DNA of 64,000 nt, taken from an uncultured Solirubrobacterales bacterium (GTDB lineage Bacteria > Actinomycetota > Thermoleophilia > Solirubrobacterales > 70-9). The notes below the pieces were generated by a model. That model ran no database searches and was not told the origin of the DNA. It saw nothing but the letters and a program-made list of their open reading frames with translations. Positions 36,576 to 49,834 of the stretch are shown piece by piece. The translations under genes and the position numbers were made by a program. The stretch spans positions 448,895 to 512,894 of the forward strand of contig CAWFKT010000002.1 of assembly GCA_963816505.1 (NCBI GenBank), written 5' to 3'. Numbering within the stretch: position 1 is the stretch's first letter; every line of letters begins with the position of its first letter.

Positions 36576-38008
36576 GGAACCGCGGCGGCATACAGGGAGT
36601 GGCGAGCAGCCCGGTGATCGTCGGCGCGGTCACCGTGCTGGTCGTGATCGTCGCCGTCTTCCTCGCCTACAACGCCAACAACGGGCTGCCCTTCGTCTCC
36701 ACCTACAACCTCAAGGCGCGCGTGCCCAACGCCAACGCCCTGGTCAAGGGCAACGAGGTGCGGATCGGCGGCGCCCGGGTCGGCGTCGTCAAGTCGGTGG
36801 TGCCGGTGCAGGAAGCGGGAGGCCGCGTCTCCGCCGAACTCAGCCTCAGCCTCGACAAGAACGTCGAGCCGCTGCCGGTCGACTCGACGATGATCATCCG
36901 GCCCAAATCTCCGCTCGGACTCAAGTACCTGCAGATCTCCCCCGGAAACTCGCCGAAGGGCTTTGCCGCCGGTGAAACGATCCCCCTCTCCGCCGCGCAC
37001 CCCGAACCGGTCGACATCGACCAGTTCTTCGACATGTTCGACGAAAAGACCCGGACCGCGATCCAGCGCAACCTGGCCGGCTTCGGCAACGCGCTCGCGG
37101 GCCGCGGGCCGCAGATCAACAACGCCTTCGTCTCGCTGCGCCTGCTGCTCGAAAGCAGCCAGCCCGCACTCGGCGACCTGGTCGCGCCGAGCACCGGCTT
37201 CGGTGAATTCTGGCGCGCCCTGGAGAGCCTCTCCGCCACCGTCGCGCCGGTCGCCGAGGAGCAGGCGAGCATGTTCGCCGCCCTCGACCGCACTTTCGCC
37301 GCCTTCGCGCGGGTCTCGCGGCCCTTCATCCAGGAAACGATCTCCAAGGGCCCGCAAACGCTCGACGCGGCGATCGTCGACCTGCCGGCGCTGCGGCCGT
37401 TCCTGCACGATTCCGCACGCTTCTTCACCGCGCTGGCGCCGGGCGCGAAGGCGATCGCCGACACCTCGCCGACGATCGCCGCCGCGCTGCGCGCGGGCAT
37501 TCCGGCGCTCAACGCCTCGCCGGCGCTCAACGCCCAGCTGCCGCCGACCGCCGACGCCCTGCTCGCCTTCCAGCAGGCGCCCGGTGTCTTCAACGGGCTC
37601 GACCTGCTGACCGAGACCAACAACCTGCTCAAACCGGCGATCCGCTTCATTGCCCCGGCGCAGACCACCTGCAACTACCTCAGCATCACCCTCAACAACC
37701 TGGCCAGCGCATCGAGCGAAGACAACGGCCTCGGCGGCTGGTTCAACGCGATCACCTTCGAGCCGCCGGAAGGCCCCAACTCCGAGGGCGGCCCGGCCTC
37801 AGCGCCGGCCAACGGCGGTAGCGCCGATCGGCTAAACCACCTGCACTCCAACCCCTATCCCAACACGGCCGCGCCCGGGCAGCCGAAAGAGTGCGAAGCG
37901 GGCAACGAGCATTACGAAACCGGTGTGACGAGGATCGGCAACACCCCGGGCAACGACGGCATAACGACATCCGGCCAGTCGAAAAAGCAGCTGGGGGAAG
38001 AAAAGTAA
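36572..38008 (+). CDS. MCE-family protein 3 of 6
   Basis: ...VGAVTVLVVIVAVFLAYN...YNLKARVPNANALVKGNEVRIGGARVGVVKSV...IIRPKSPLGLKYLQISPG... Confidence 0.87.
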   Translation: MRNRGGIQGVASSPVIVGAVTVLVVIVAVFLAYNANNGLPFVSTYNLKARVPNANALVKGNEVRIGGARVGVVKSVVPVQEAGGRVSAELSLSLDKNVEPLPVDSTMIIRPKSPLGLKYLQISPGNSPKGFAAGETIPLSAAHPEPVDIDQFFDMFDEKTRTAIQRNLAGFGNALAGRGPQINNAFVSLRLLLESSQPALGDLVAPSTGFGEFWRALESLSATVAPVAEEQASMFAALDRTFAAFARVSRPFIQETISKGPQTLDAAIVDLPALRPFLHDSARFFTALAPGAKAIADTSPTIAAALRAGIPALNASPALNAQLPPTADALLAFQQAPGVFNGLDLLTETNNLLKPAIRFIAPAQTTCNYLSITLNNLASASSEDNGLGGWFNAITFEPPEGPNSEGGPASAPANGGSADRLNHLHSNPYPNTAAPGQPKECEAGNEHYETGVTRIGNTPGNDGITTSGQSKKQLGEEK

Positions 38009-39520
38009 TGGGACGCTTGCCGGAGCGCGATACGAGGGCCGGAGCGACCAAGAGCAGCCGCTTCAAATGGCGGCCCAGCAACGCGATGATCGCGGTGATC
38101 TTCCTGCTCGTCTTCACGGTCGGGCCCTACCTCGCCTTCACCGGCCACGTGCCGTTCACCAGCTACGGCTACGAGCTGAAGGCGACCTTCAGCAACGGCG
38201 TCAACATCTCGACCAACTCGCCGGTGCGGATCGCCGGGGTCAACGTCGGCACGGTGATCGCAACCGAACGCGACGGCGACGCGACGACGGTCACCTTCAC
38301 GGTCGAAGGCCAGGGACGGCCGATCCACGACGACGCCTTCGCCGCAATCCGGCCGCGGATCTTCCTCGAGGGCAACTTCTTCGTCGACCTCTCGCCCGGC
38401 AGCCCGAGCGCCCCGGAACTCTCCAGCGGCGACACGATCCCGGTCAGCCATACCTCCACCTGGGTCCAGATCGATCAGGTCCTCACCGCCCTGCAGTCGC
38501 CGGTCCGGGCCGACCTCAGCCGGCTGCTCGAGAGCTACGGCACCGCGCTCACCCACAAGCCGACCGCCGCCGAAGACAGGACCCAGCTGCCGGAGGTGCG
38601 GGGCAAGTCGGCGGCCGAAGCGCTCAACCGCGCCTTCCACACCGGTGGCGACGCGGGCCGCTACAGCGCCCAGGTCACCAACGCCCTGCTCGGCACGCAG
38701 CCGCACGACCTCTCGCGGCTCGTCGCCAGCGCCGGGCGCACCTTCGGCGCCCTCTCCCGCCACGAGGAGGACCTCAAGGGCCTGATCGTCAACTTCGACG
38801 TCTTCACCGGCGCCCTCGCCTCGCAGTCGGCAAACCTCTCGGCGACGATCCACCGCCTGGCGCCGACCCTGAAGACCTTCCACAGCTCGCTGGTCAGCCT
38901 CAACAGCACGCTGCCGCCGCTGCGCGCCTGGGCGATCGAGCTGAGGCCCTCGGTGGCAGAACTGCCGGCCTGGATCAAGGCCGGGCGCCCCTGGATCGAA
39001 CAGGCCCGCCCGCTGCTCTCCGGCAAGGAGGCGGGCGGCACGGCGAAGCTGCTGCGCGAAGGCACTCCGGGCCTCGCCGGCGCCGCGCAGGCCGGCAAGG
39101 CGATGGCGCTGCCGCAGCTCAACCGGATCAGCCTCTGCACGACGAAGGTGCTCGTCCCGACCGGCAACCAGACGATCGACGACCAGTTCAGCACCGGTGG
39201 CCCTAACTACCGCGAGTTCCTCTACGCGCTGGCTGACTTCTCCGGCTGGGGAGCAGAGCTTCGACGGAAACGGCACCTTCCTGCGCACGCAGCCGGGCGG
39301 CGGCGGCGTGCTGGTCGAACAGAAGAACCCGCTCGGCAACCTGAGCACGGATAAGCAGGACTTCGCCCACACGATCGCGCCGCCGCTGGGCACCCAGCCG
39401 CAGCTCGGTGGAGCGCCGCCGAAGAAGCCGAACGTGCGCTGCGACAGCAACCCGGTCCCTGACGTGAACGGCCCGCTCGGTCAGGTCGGAGCGCCCAGCC
39501 CCGCGGCGGTGAGCCCATGA
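38008..39520 (+). CDS. MCE-family protein 4 of 6 (one apparent frameshift near 39247)
   Basis: ATG 38008 (TAATG overlap). ...MIAVIFLLVFTVGPYLAF...YELKATFSNGVNISTNSPVRIAGVNVGTVIA... The C-terminal ~90 aa continue in the frame of ORF 39197..39520. Confidence 0.82.
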
Positions 39521-40937
39521 CCGAGACCACTCCGAGAGCAAGCCGTTGGCGGCACTTCCGCAACTCGCTCACCCGGCAGAGCAGGGGGCGCAGCAAGGAC
39601 ACGATCGCGATCGCGGTCCTGGTTGCGCTCGGCGTCGTGATGACGCTCTGGATCTTCACCCAGCAGAAGGCCTCGCTGCCCTCCTGGGTTCCCTTCGTCG
39701 GCGAAGAATTCGTCCACGTCAGCGGCGACTTCACCACCGCCCAGGCCGTCACCCCGGGCCAGGGCCAGGCCGTCGACATCGCCGGCATCCAGATCGGCAA
39801 GGTCACCTCGGTCAACCTCGAAGACGGCCACGCCGTCGTCGGCATGGACATCGAGCCCAAGTACCTCGAACTGATCCATCCAAACGCGACCCTGCTGCTG
39901 CGCCCGAAGACGAACCTCAACGACATGATCGTCGAGGTCGATCCGGGCAGCGGCAAGGGCCACATCGAAGACGGGCTACAACTTCCCGCTCTCGCGCACC
40001 GAACCGAACGTCAACCTCGACGCCTTCCTGGGGCACACTCGACGCCGACACGCGCCAGTACATCCAGCTGCTGGTCGCCGGCGGCGCCCAGGGCATCGGC
40101 GGCCGCGGCCATCAGCTCTCCGGCGCGCTGCGCCGCCTGCAGCCCTTCTCCCACTACGTCGCCGACCTCAACCGCGCCGTGGCCAGGCGTCGCGTCGCCC
40201 TCGCTCGCGTGATCCACGACTTCGGCCTGCTCACGACCGAACTCGGCAACCACGACTCGGAGATCGAACGCTTCGTCACCTCCTCCAAGGCGGCGCTCGG
40301 CAACTTCGCCAACCAGCAGCAGCTCGATCCAGCGGACGCTGATCGAGTTCCCCTCCAGCCTCAGCGCCGCCGAATCGGCCTTCGCCAGCGTCAACCGCTT
40401 CTCGACCACCGCCCGCCCGGCCCTGCTCGGGCTGATCCCGCAGGCGCAGGCGCTGGGGCCGGCGCTGCATGCAAACGCGAAGTTCTTCGAACAGACGACG
40501 GCGCCGATTCGCGACCAGATCCGACCCTTCACCCGCGAAACCCGCTCTGTCCTCACCCACGCCACGGAAGCCTCCGCGCCTTTCAACAAGTCGGTGCGCA
40601 GCTTCGGCGACGCGCTCGGCGCCTTCAACGGCTTCCTCAACGAGCTCGCCTACAAGCCGAAGGGCGCTCAGCAGAGCTACCTCTTCTACCTGCCCTGGCT
40701 CAACCACGACACCAACGCCACCTTCAACCTCGAAGACCCGGCGGGACTGATGGGCCGCGGCCTGATGCATGATCTCCTGCAACGGCAGCGAACTCGCCAA
40801 CGGCATTGCCGCTGGCAAAGCGTACATTCAGACCGTTCTGCGCGGCTCGAACATTCCGCGCAAGGGCGAATTGCCGCCGATACCTCCGCTCCAAAGAAAC
40901 ACCGACCGCGACCGGCTGCGGCCCGGGAACAGAATGA
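39517..40937 (+). pseudogene. MCE-family protein 5 of 6, frame broken at least 4 times as assembled
   Basis: ...IAIAVLVALGVVMTLWIF...VHVSGDFTTAQAVTPGQGQAVDIAGIQIGKVTSV...LLLRPKTNLNDMIVEVDPG..., then segments in shifting frames (shifts near 39975, 40030, 40330, 40768). The 3' end is uncertain. Confidence 0.7.
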
Positions 40938-42504
40938 GCAAGCGCGCCCCCAGCACGACCCAGCTCCTCGTCATCGCCGGCTTCGCGCTCTCCTGCTTCG
41001 GCATCCTGCTCTTCCTCTGGATCACCTTCGGCGGGCCGACGCCGTTCAAGGCGAAGCCCTACGAGATCGAGATCCCCTTCAACGAGGCGACCCAGCTCGC
41101 CCAGCAGTCCGACGTGCGCATCTCCGGCGTCTCGGTCGGCAAGGTGGCAGGACATCGTCGTCGCCCCCAACGGCAAGCAGGCGCTGGCCAAGGTCGACAT
41201 CGAAGACAAGTACGGCCCGATCCCGCAGCGACACGCGGGCGATCCTGCGCACCAAGACGCTGCTCGGCGAGACCTACGTCGAACTGACCCCGGGGAACCG
41301 CAACGGGCCGGCACTGCCCGACGGCGGCACCCTGCCCGAGGCGCAGGTCGCCGAATCGGTCCAGCTCGACGAGATCTTCCGCACCTTCGACCCCAGCACC
41401 CGCGCCGCCTTCCAGACCTGGCAGCAGGAAGCGGCGGTCGCGATCGAGGGCCGTGGCGCCGACCTCTCCTACGCTTTCGGCGAGCTCGAACCGGCCTTCA
41501 CCCAGTTCGACCACCTCTTCCGCGTCCTCGACAGCCAGCGGCTCGCGGTCAAGCAGCTCTTCCGCAACGGCGCCACCTCGCTGCGGGCGCTGCGCGGCCG
41601 CCAGGGCGAGTTGGCCGGCCTGATCCGCAACTCGAACGCGGTCTTCAGCACGACCGCCGCCCGCGACCGCCAGATCGAAGCGCTCTTCCGCGCCTTCCCC
41701 ACCTTCGAGGACGAGTCGCGGTTGACCCTGGACCGGCTGAAGACCTTCTCCGTCAACTCCGACCCGGTGATGCAGCAGCTGGTCCCGGTCGCCGAACAGC
41801 TCTCGCCGACCCTGATTGCCCTCTCCAAGCTGGCGCCGCAGGCGAAGGGCCTCTTCGAAGGCCTCGAACCGGTGATCGCCCGCGCCCCGACCGGCTTCCC
41901 GGCCCTGCGCAAGCTCTTCCGCGACAAGTTCCCGCCGCTGCTGCGGGCGGTCGACCCGTTCCTGCGCAACGTCAACCCGATCGTCACCGGGCTCGGCCTT
42001 TACAAGCACGAGCTGACCGCGACGATGGCCAACGTCGCCTCGATCTCCAATGCCAAGCTGCCGACCAACGCCGCCGGCGAAAACGTCCACTACCTGCGAG
42101 CGATGGGTCCCTTCAACCCGGAATCGCTGGCGACCTACCCGAGCCTGACCAAGACGAGCCGGACCAACGCCTATGCACAGCCGCTCGCCGCAAAGTCCCT
42201 GGCCACGGGCCTGCCAAGCTTCGACACCGCCGGCTGTGGCACCGGCGTGACCGCCACGTTGAACTCGGAAACGCCGAAAAACTCGGTCTTCAAAGCGCGC
42301 ACCGAACAGAGCAAAAAGACCGCCGAAGAAAACGAAAAACTGTCGCAGACCTTCTTCGAAAGGCCTAAGAAGTTCGCCTTCGGCGAACAGAGCGATTCCG
42401 CCGCGATCGGCGCCCCCGGTTGCATCCAGCAGGCGCCGTTCAACCCGGTCGGCCGCAGCGGCGCGGCGACGGCCTACCAGCACTACTACGAAGAGAGCAA
42501 ATAG
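40934..42504 (+). pseudogene. MCE-family protein 6 of 6, two apparent frameshifts (near 41149 and 41226)
   Basis: MSKRAPSTTQLLVIAGFALSCFGILLFLWITF...YEIEIPFNEATQLAQQSDVRISGVSVGKV | DIVVAPNGKQALAKVDIEDKYGPIP | DTRAILRTKTLLGETYVELTPG..., then an intact ~420-aa helical and C-terminal region. Confidence 0.78.
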
Positions 42505-42617
42505 CGCCCCGGATTCTTTCGGCCGACTTTGCAGGGAGGCCGGCTGTGGGAGCGCTCGGCCTCTGATTTGCTGGAGCCTCGGAGCGGTTCCGCCGCCTCC
42601 GGCCCTTAACTAAGTCG

Positions 42618-44041
42618 ATGGCTTCCGCTCCCACAGCCCACGTCCCGCCGCAGAACATCGAGGCGGAGGAATCGGTGCTTGGGGCGATGCTGGTCGCCGA
42701 GCCGACGCTGACCCGGGTGATCGACGAGGTGAAGCTGAACGCGGGCGACTTCTACCTCGACAAGCACGCGGCGATCTTCACCGCGATCCACGACCTCTAC
42801 GCGGCCTCCAAGCCGGTCGACGAGCTCAGCGTCAGCGAGTCGCTGACCCAGCGCAACCAGATCGAGGAGGCGGGGGGCAAGCACTACGTCTCCGAGCTGG
42901 CGGCGAAGGTGCCGGCCGCCGGCAACGCCAAGCACTACGCCGAGATCGTCCAGCAGAACTCCCTCCTGCGCCGCCTGCTCGGCGCCGGCCAGGAGATCCA
43001 GGGCTGGGTCCACGAGCGCGACGGCGAACCGCGCGAGCTCTCCGAGCGGGCCGAGAAGCTGCTCTTCGACGTCGCCCACAAAGAGCAGGCCAGTGACTTC
43101 CGTCTGCTCTCGGAGATCCTCCACGACGAGGTCGATCGCCTCGAGAAGCTCTCCACCGGCGAGCTCGAGCTGACCGGCACCCCGTCGGGCTTCCGCGACA
43201 TCGACGCGATCACCGGGGGGTTTCAGCCGGGGAATCTGATTATCGTCGCTGCAAGGCCTGCAATGGGCAAGTCAGCGATCGTCGCCAACATCGCCGAAAA
43301 CGTGGCGGTGAAGCGGAACATGCCGGTCGCTTTCTTCTCGCTCGAGATGTCCGAGGTGGAGCTGGCGCAGCGCTTCATCGCCTGCCGGGCGCGGATCTCG
43401 GGCGACAAGCTGCGCAAGGGGCAGGTTGCCTCTAAAGACTGGCCGAAGGTGGTGCGAGCCTGCAACGAGCTGGAGGAGGCGCCGCTCTGGTTCGACGACT
43501 CCTCCGACCTCGGCGTGCTCGATTTGCGGGCGAAGGCGCGGCGGCTGCACGCGCAGGAGCAGGACCGCGGCGGGCTGGGCCTGATCATCGTCGACTACCT
43601 ACAGCTGATGCGCTCCGACGATCCTCGCGCGAACAGGGTCGAGCAGGTCGGGCAGATGAGCCGCGGCCTGAAGATCCTCGCCCGCGAGCTGGAGGTGCCC
43701 GTGCTGGCGATCTCCCAGCTCTCGCGCGCACCCGAGCAGCGCCATCCGCCGAAGCCGATGCTCTCCGACCTTCGCGAATCGGGAAATCTTGAGCAGGATG
43801 CGGATCTTGTCGCATTCCTCTTCCGCGAGGACTACTATCGCGACCCCGACGACGAGCCGGACGGGCTTGCCGACCTGATCATCGCCAAGCACAGGAACGG
43901 GCCGATCGGCACGCCGAAGCTGGTCTTCCTCGACCGCTTCCCCAAGTTCGCCGACTTCGCCGGCCAGGAGCAGCCGATCGAGCAGCCCGCCGGCGAAGGG
44001 CCGCCGCTCGAGGACCCCGCTTCGGTGGGGCCTGAGTTCTG

Positions 44042-44042
<1 letters not shown>
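42618..44042 (+). CDS. dnaB: Replicative DNA helicase DnaB
   Basis: ...PPQNIEAEESVLGAMLV..., Walker A ...AARPAMGKSA..., ...IIVDYLQLM..., ...ISQLSRAPEQR... 474 aa with no intein-sized insert. Confidence 0.93.
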
Positions 44043-46866
<2,824 letters not shown>

Positions 46867-46968
46867 GCAGGGATTGTATTGATACGAGTTGTTCCCTGAG
46901 AGGCCGGGCGCGGAGACGCCGGGGTACAGAAAGTCGCGCGGGCCAGGCTTCTCCACTACAGTCTCGGG

Positions 46969-47658
46969 GTGGCTTCAGGTAGACGCACGGCTAGGCTGAG
47001 CGAGCGGCTGCCAAGGGGCCGGCACGGGTTGCCGCGGGAGGCCGTGACGGAATCCCAGCGCAACCGCATCCTCCAGGCGATGATCGAGGTCGTCTCCGAG
47101 CGCGGCTACCCCGAGACCCGCGTGGTCGACGTGATCGGCGTCGCCGGGGTCTCGCGCAAGACGTTCTACGAACTCTTCTCCTCCAAGGAGGACTGCTTCC
47201 TCGCCGCCTACGACGTCCTGCTCGGCAACCTGCTGGGCGATACGGCGAAAGGCTTCGAGAGCAAGCCCGGCTCGCCCTGGGCCGAGCGCGTCTCCGCCGG
47301 CCTCGGCGAGCTGCTCAAACACCTCTCCGAGCATCCCGACGAGGCGCGCTTCGCGATCGTCGAGGTCCTCGCCGCCGGCCCCAAAGCGCTGGCCCGGCGC
47401 GACGCGGCGCTGCGCCAGTTCACCGGCTTCCTCGACGCCGGCCGCGCCGAGACCTCGGTCGAGCTGCCCGGGATCACCTCGCTCTCGCTCGCCGGAGGGG
47501 TCAACGAGCTGCTCTACAGCGAGATCCTGCACGGCGCGGCGGCCCGCCTGCCGAGCCGCCTGCCCGACCTGATGTTCTGGATCACGCTGCCCTTCCTGGG
47601 CCCGGAGGGGGCGGCACAGGAGCGCGAGCGGACCCGCCTTTCGATGCTCGAACGCTAG
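46969..47658 (+). CDS. TetR-family transcriptional regulator
   Basis: HTH region ...SQRNRILQAMIEVVSERGYPETRVVDVIGVAGVSRKTFYELFSSKEDCFLAAYD... 229 aa. Divergent from the lipoprotein gene. Confidence 0.88.
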   Translation: MASGRRTARLSERLPRGRHGLPREAVTESQRNRILQAMIEVVSERGYPETRVVDVIGVAGVSRKTFYELFSSKEDCFLAAYDVLLGNLLGDTAKGFESKPGSPWAERVSAGLGELLKHLSEHPDEARFAIVEVLAAGPKALARRDAALRQFTGFLDAGRAETSVELPGITSLSLAGGVNELLYSEILHGAAARLPSRLPDLMFWITLPFLGPEGAAQERERTRLSMLER

Positions 47659-47804
47659 CTCCCGCCTTGTTAAGCCGCTCTTTTCTGTGAATGCCGGGGT
47701 TTATCTAGATTGCGAGACTGGTAATTTGGGCATTGGAGGGATAGACCAAGGCTTTCGATGGCCGGGGCTGTGACGCCAGGCCGCAAAGGAGAGAGATAGA
47801 GCAA

Positions 47805-48573
47805 ATGCGCAAGCGCTTGATTACGACACTGGCCCTGGGGGCGATGCTCGCCATCGTCGTGGCGGGGATCGCTTCGGCGGAAAAGCCCACGATCGTCCAG
47901 GTGGGGAACCTCAAACTGACCCTCAACGGCAGCTTCTCGCCGAAGGCGCTGCCGAAGTCGGGCAAGCCGGCGCCGATCACGTTGAACGTCAGCGGCAAAA
48001 TCGAAACGATCGATCACACGCACGCGCCGGCGCTGAAGGAAGTGGTCGTCGAAACCGACAAGAACGGCTCGATCGACGTCAAGGGCCTGCCCACCTGCAC
48101 CTCGGGCAAACTGCAGGCGCAGGACACGGCGGCAGCGGAAAAGATCTGTAAGACGGCGATCATCGGCAGCGGCATCACCAATGTCGAAGTCGAATTCCCC
48201 GAACAGAAACCGTTCATTGCCAAAAGTAAATTGATCGCCTTCAACGGCGGCACAAGCGGTGGCAAGACGACGATCTTCATCCACGCTTACCTCAGCTCGC
48301 CGGTATCGGCGGCTGTCGTGACGACGGTGAAAATCTCGAAAATCCACAACGGCCGCTACGGCACCAAATCAGTCGCGACGATCCCGAAGATCGCCGGCGG
48401 CTACGGCTCGGTCAAGGAATTCTCGCTGACCTTCGCCCGTGGCTACAAGAACACGCCGTTCCTGCTTCGCCAACTGCCCTGACGGTCACCTCAACGCGAA
48501 AGCCACCTCGGTCTTCGCCGACGGCACCCGTCTGGTCGGCAGCTTCGTCCGCTCCTGCACCCCGAAGGGCTGA
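47805..48573 (+). CDS. Secreted Cys-containing beta-rich protein, paralog P3 of 3 (one apparent frameshift near 48455)
   Basis: AAAGGAGAG upstream of the ATG. Signal peptide ...VVAGIASA. Motifs GLPTCTSG...CKTAIIGSG, AFNG, IPKIAGGYGSV. The C-terminus (...NCPDGHLNAKATSVFADGTRLVGSFVRSCTPKG*) is in the next frame, ending at 48573. Confidence 0.7.
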
Positions 48574-48603
48574 CGAACAGCTTCATCTCAGGACGAAAAG
48601 GGG

Positions 48604-48634
48604 AAGAAAGGGCGGCCATCGGCCGCCCTTTCTT
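48604..48634. terminator. Bidirectional intrinsic terminator between convergent genes
   Basis: Stem AAGAAAGGGCGGCC / GGCCGCCCTTTCTT (14 bp) with a 3-nt loop. T-rich run follows on the plus strand (CTTTCTTTGT) and TTTT follows on the minus strand. Confidence 0.7.
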
Positions 48635-48639
48635 TGTCC

Positions 48640-49356
48640 CTAACGCCGCGGGTCGTGCGGGTCGGCGGGCGGGATCAGGCCCTCGGCCTCCTGGCGGCGC
48701 TCGCCGCGGCGCAGCATCCGCTGGGTGAGGATCGCGATGCTGAGGATCGCCGTGGCGCCGAGGCTGAGCTGGACGCTTAGCAGTCCCTGGCGGGTCCAGT
48801 AGACATCGCGCAGATCGAGCAGCAGCGCCGCCTCGTCGAAGGTGAGGCCCATCCCCACCCCGGTCGTCACCGCGAGGCGCTCTTCCAGCGCCTCGTCGTC
48901 GGTCAGCAGCGCGGTCGTCCCGGAGGCGAAGGCGATCAGGATGCCGGGGACGAAGTGGTGGATGTGGCGGCCGCCGACCTTGACGTTGCGAAATGGCCAC
49001 CACTCGTCGCGGATCCCCCAGGTCGAGATCCTCACCATCGCGAAGGAGCCGAGGAAGCCGGCGAGCAGGTTGAAGAGGACCGTTTCTGTCCGCGGCGCCT
49101 CGCTGTAGCCGCTGACCGCGACGCCGACCGTGTCCAGGGCGGCGGCCGGCGCCGCCTCGACCAACCCCTCGCCGTCGGCCTCGTGGCGCGAGCGCCGCTG
49201 CAGCATGCGGCCGAACTGGCCGGCGAGCACGACCCCCGCGCCGCCCAGCGCCACGGTCGCCAGCCCCACCGTGGCGCGCTCCGAGCGCGCCCAGCCCAGC
49301 CTCGTGCGCGCCTTGGCACGGCGGGTCAGGCGGGTCGGCAATCGGCGCGAGCCCAT
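48640..49356 (-). CDS. Integral membrane protein, unassigned
   Basis: 238 aa with Arg-rich N-terminus and 4-5 hydrophobic helices (...VLFNLLAGFLGSFAMVRI..., ...HHFVPGILIAFASGTTALL..., ...LSVQLSLGATAILSIAIL...). Confidence 0.55.
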   Translation of the reverse strand: MGSRRLPTRLTRRAKARTRLGWARSERATVGLATVALGGAGVVLAGQFGRMLQRRSRHEADGEGLVEAAPAAALDTVGVAVSGYSEAPRTETVLFNLLAGFLGSFAMVRISTWGIRDEWWPFRNVKVGGRHIHHFVPGILIAFASGTTALLTDDEALEERLAVTTGVGMGLTFDEAALLLDLRDVYWTRQGLLSVQLSLGATAILSIAILTQRMLRRGERRQEAEGLIPPADPHDPRR

Positions 49357-49381
49357 CGCCCGCAGCCTAACGCGGGGTCGC

Positions 49382-49834
49382 TCAGCGTTCCTCGGTGACG
49401 ATCGTCTTCACCGAGGCGACGGCGCCGTCGGCGAGCTCGATCTCGACCATGTGGGTGCCGACCTCGCGGATCGGCTGTTCGAGGCGGACCTTGCGCCGGT
49501 CGATGCGCAGGTCGCGGGCGTCGCGGATCGCCTCGACGATCTCCTTGGCGCCGACCGAGCCGAACAGCTTGCCGTCCTCGCCGGCCCGCTGGTAGATCGT
49601 CAGCACGGTCTTGGAAAGCAGCGACGCTGCCTGCTCTTCGCGTTCGGCGCGAGCCTTTTCCGCCTTTTCCGCCGCCGCCCGGCGCTGTTGCGCCTGCTCC
49701 AGCGCGCCAGGGGTCGCTTTCGCGGCCAGCTTGCGCGGGATCAGGTAGTTGCGCAGGTAGCCGGGCGAGACATCGATGGGCTCGCCGCGCCGGCCGAGCT
49801 CCTCGACGTCCTCGAGCAGGATCGCCTGGGTCAT
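49382..49834 (-). CDS. rplI: 50S ribosomal protein L9
   Basis: [37 protein letters not shown]... is the canonical L9 N-domain. 150 aa. Confidence 0.92.
   Translation of the reverse strand: MTQAILLEDVEELGRRGEPIDVSPGYLRNYLIPRKLAAKATPGALEQAQQRRAAAEKAEKARAEREEQAASLLSKTVLTIYQRAGEDGKLFGSVGAKEIVEAIRDARDLRIDRRKVRLEQPIREVGTHMVEIELADGAVASVKTIVTEER

Noticed and set aside
28359-42617. MMPL/mce block as a tRNA-Lys-associated genomic island.
   Set aside because: No integrase, excisionase or tRNA 3'-end direct repeat is present. The block lies on the 5' side of the tRNA. Only P2 shows clearly lower GC.
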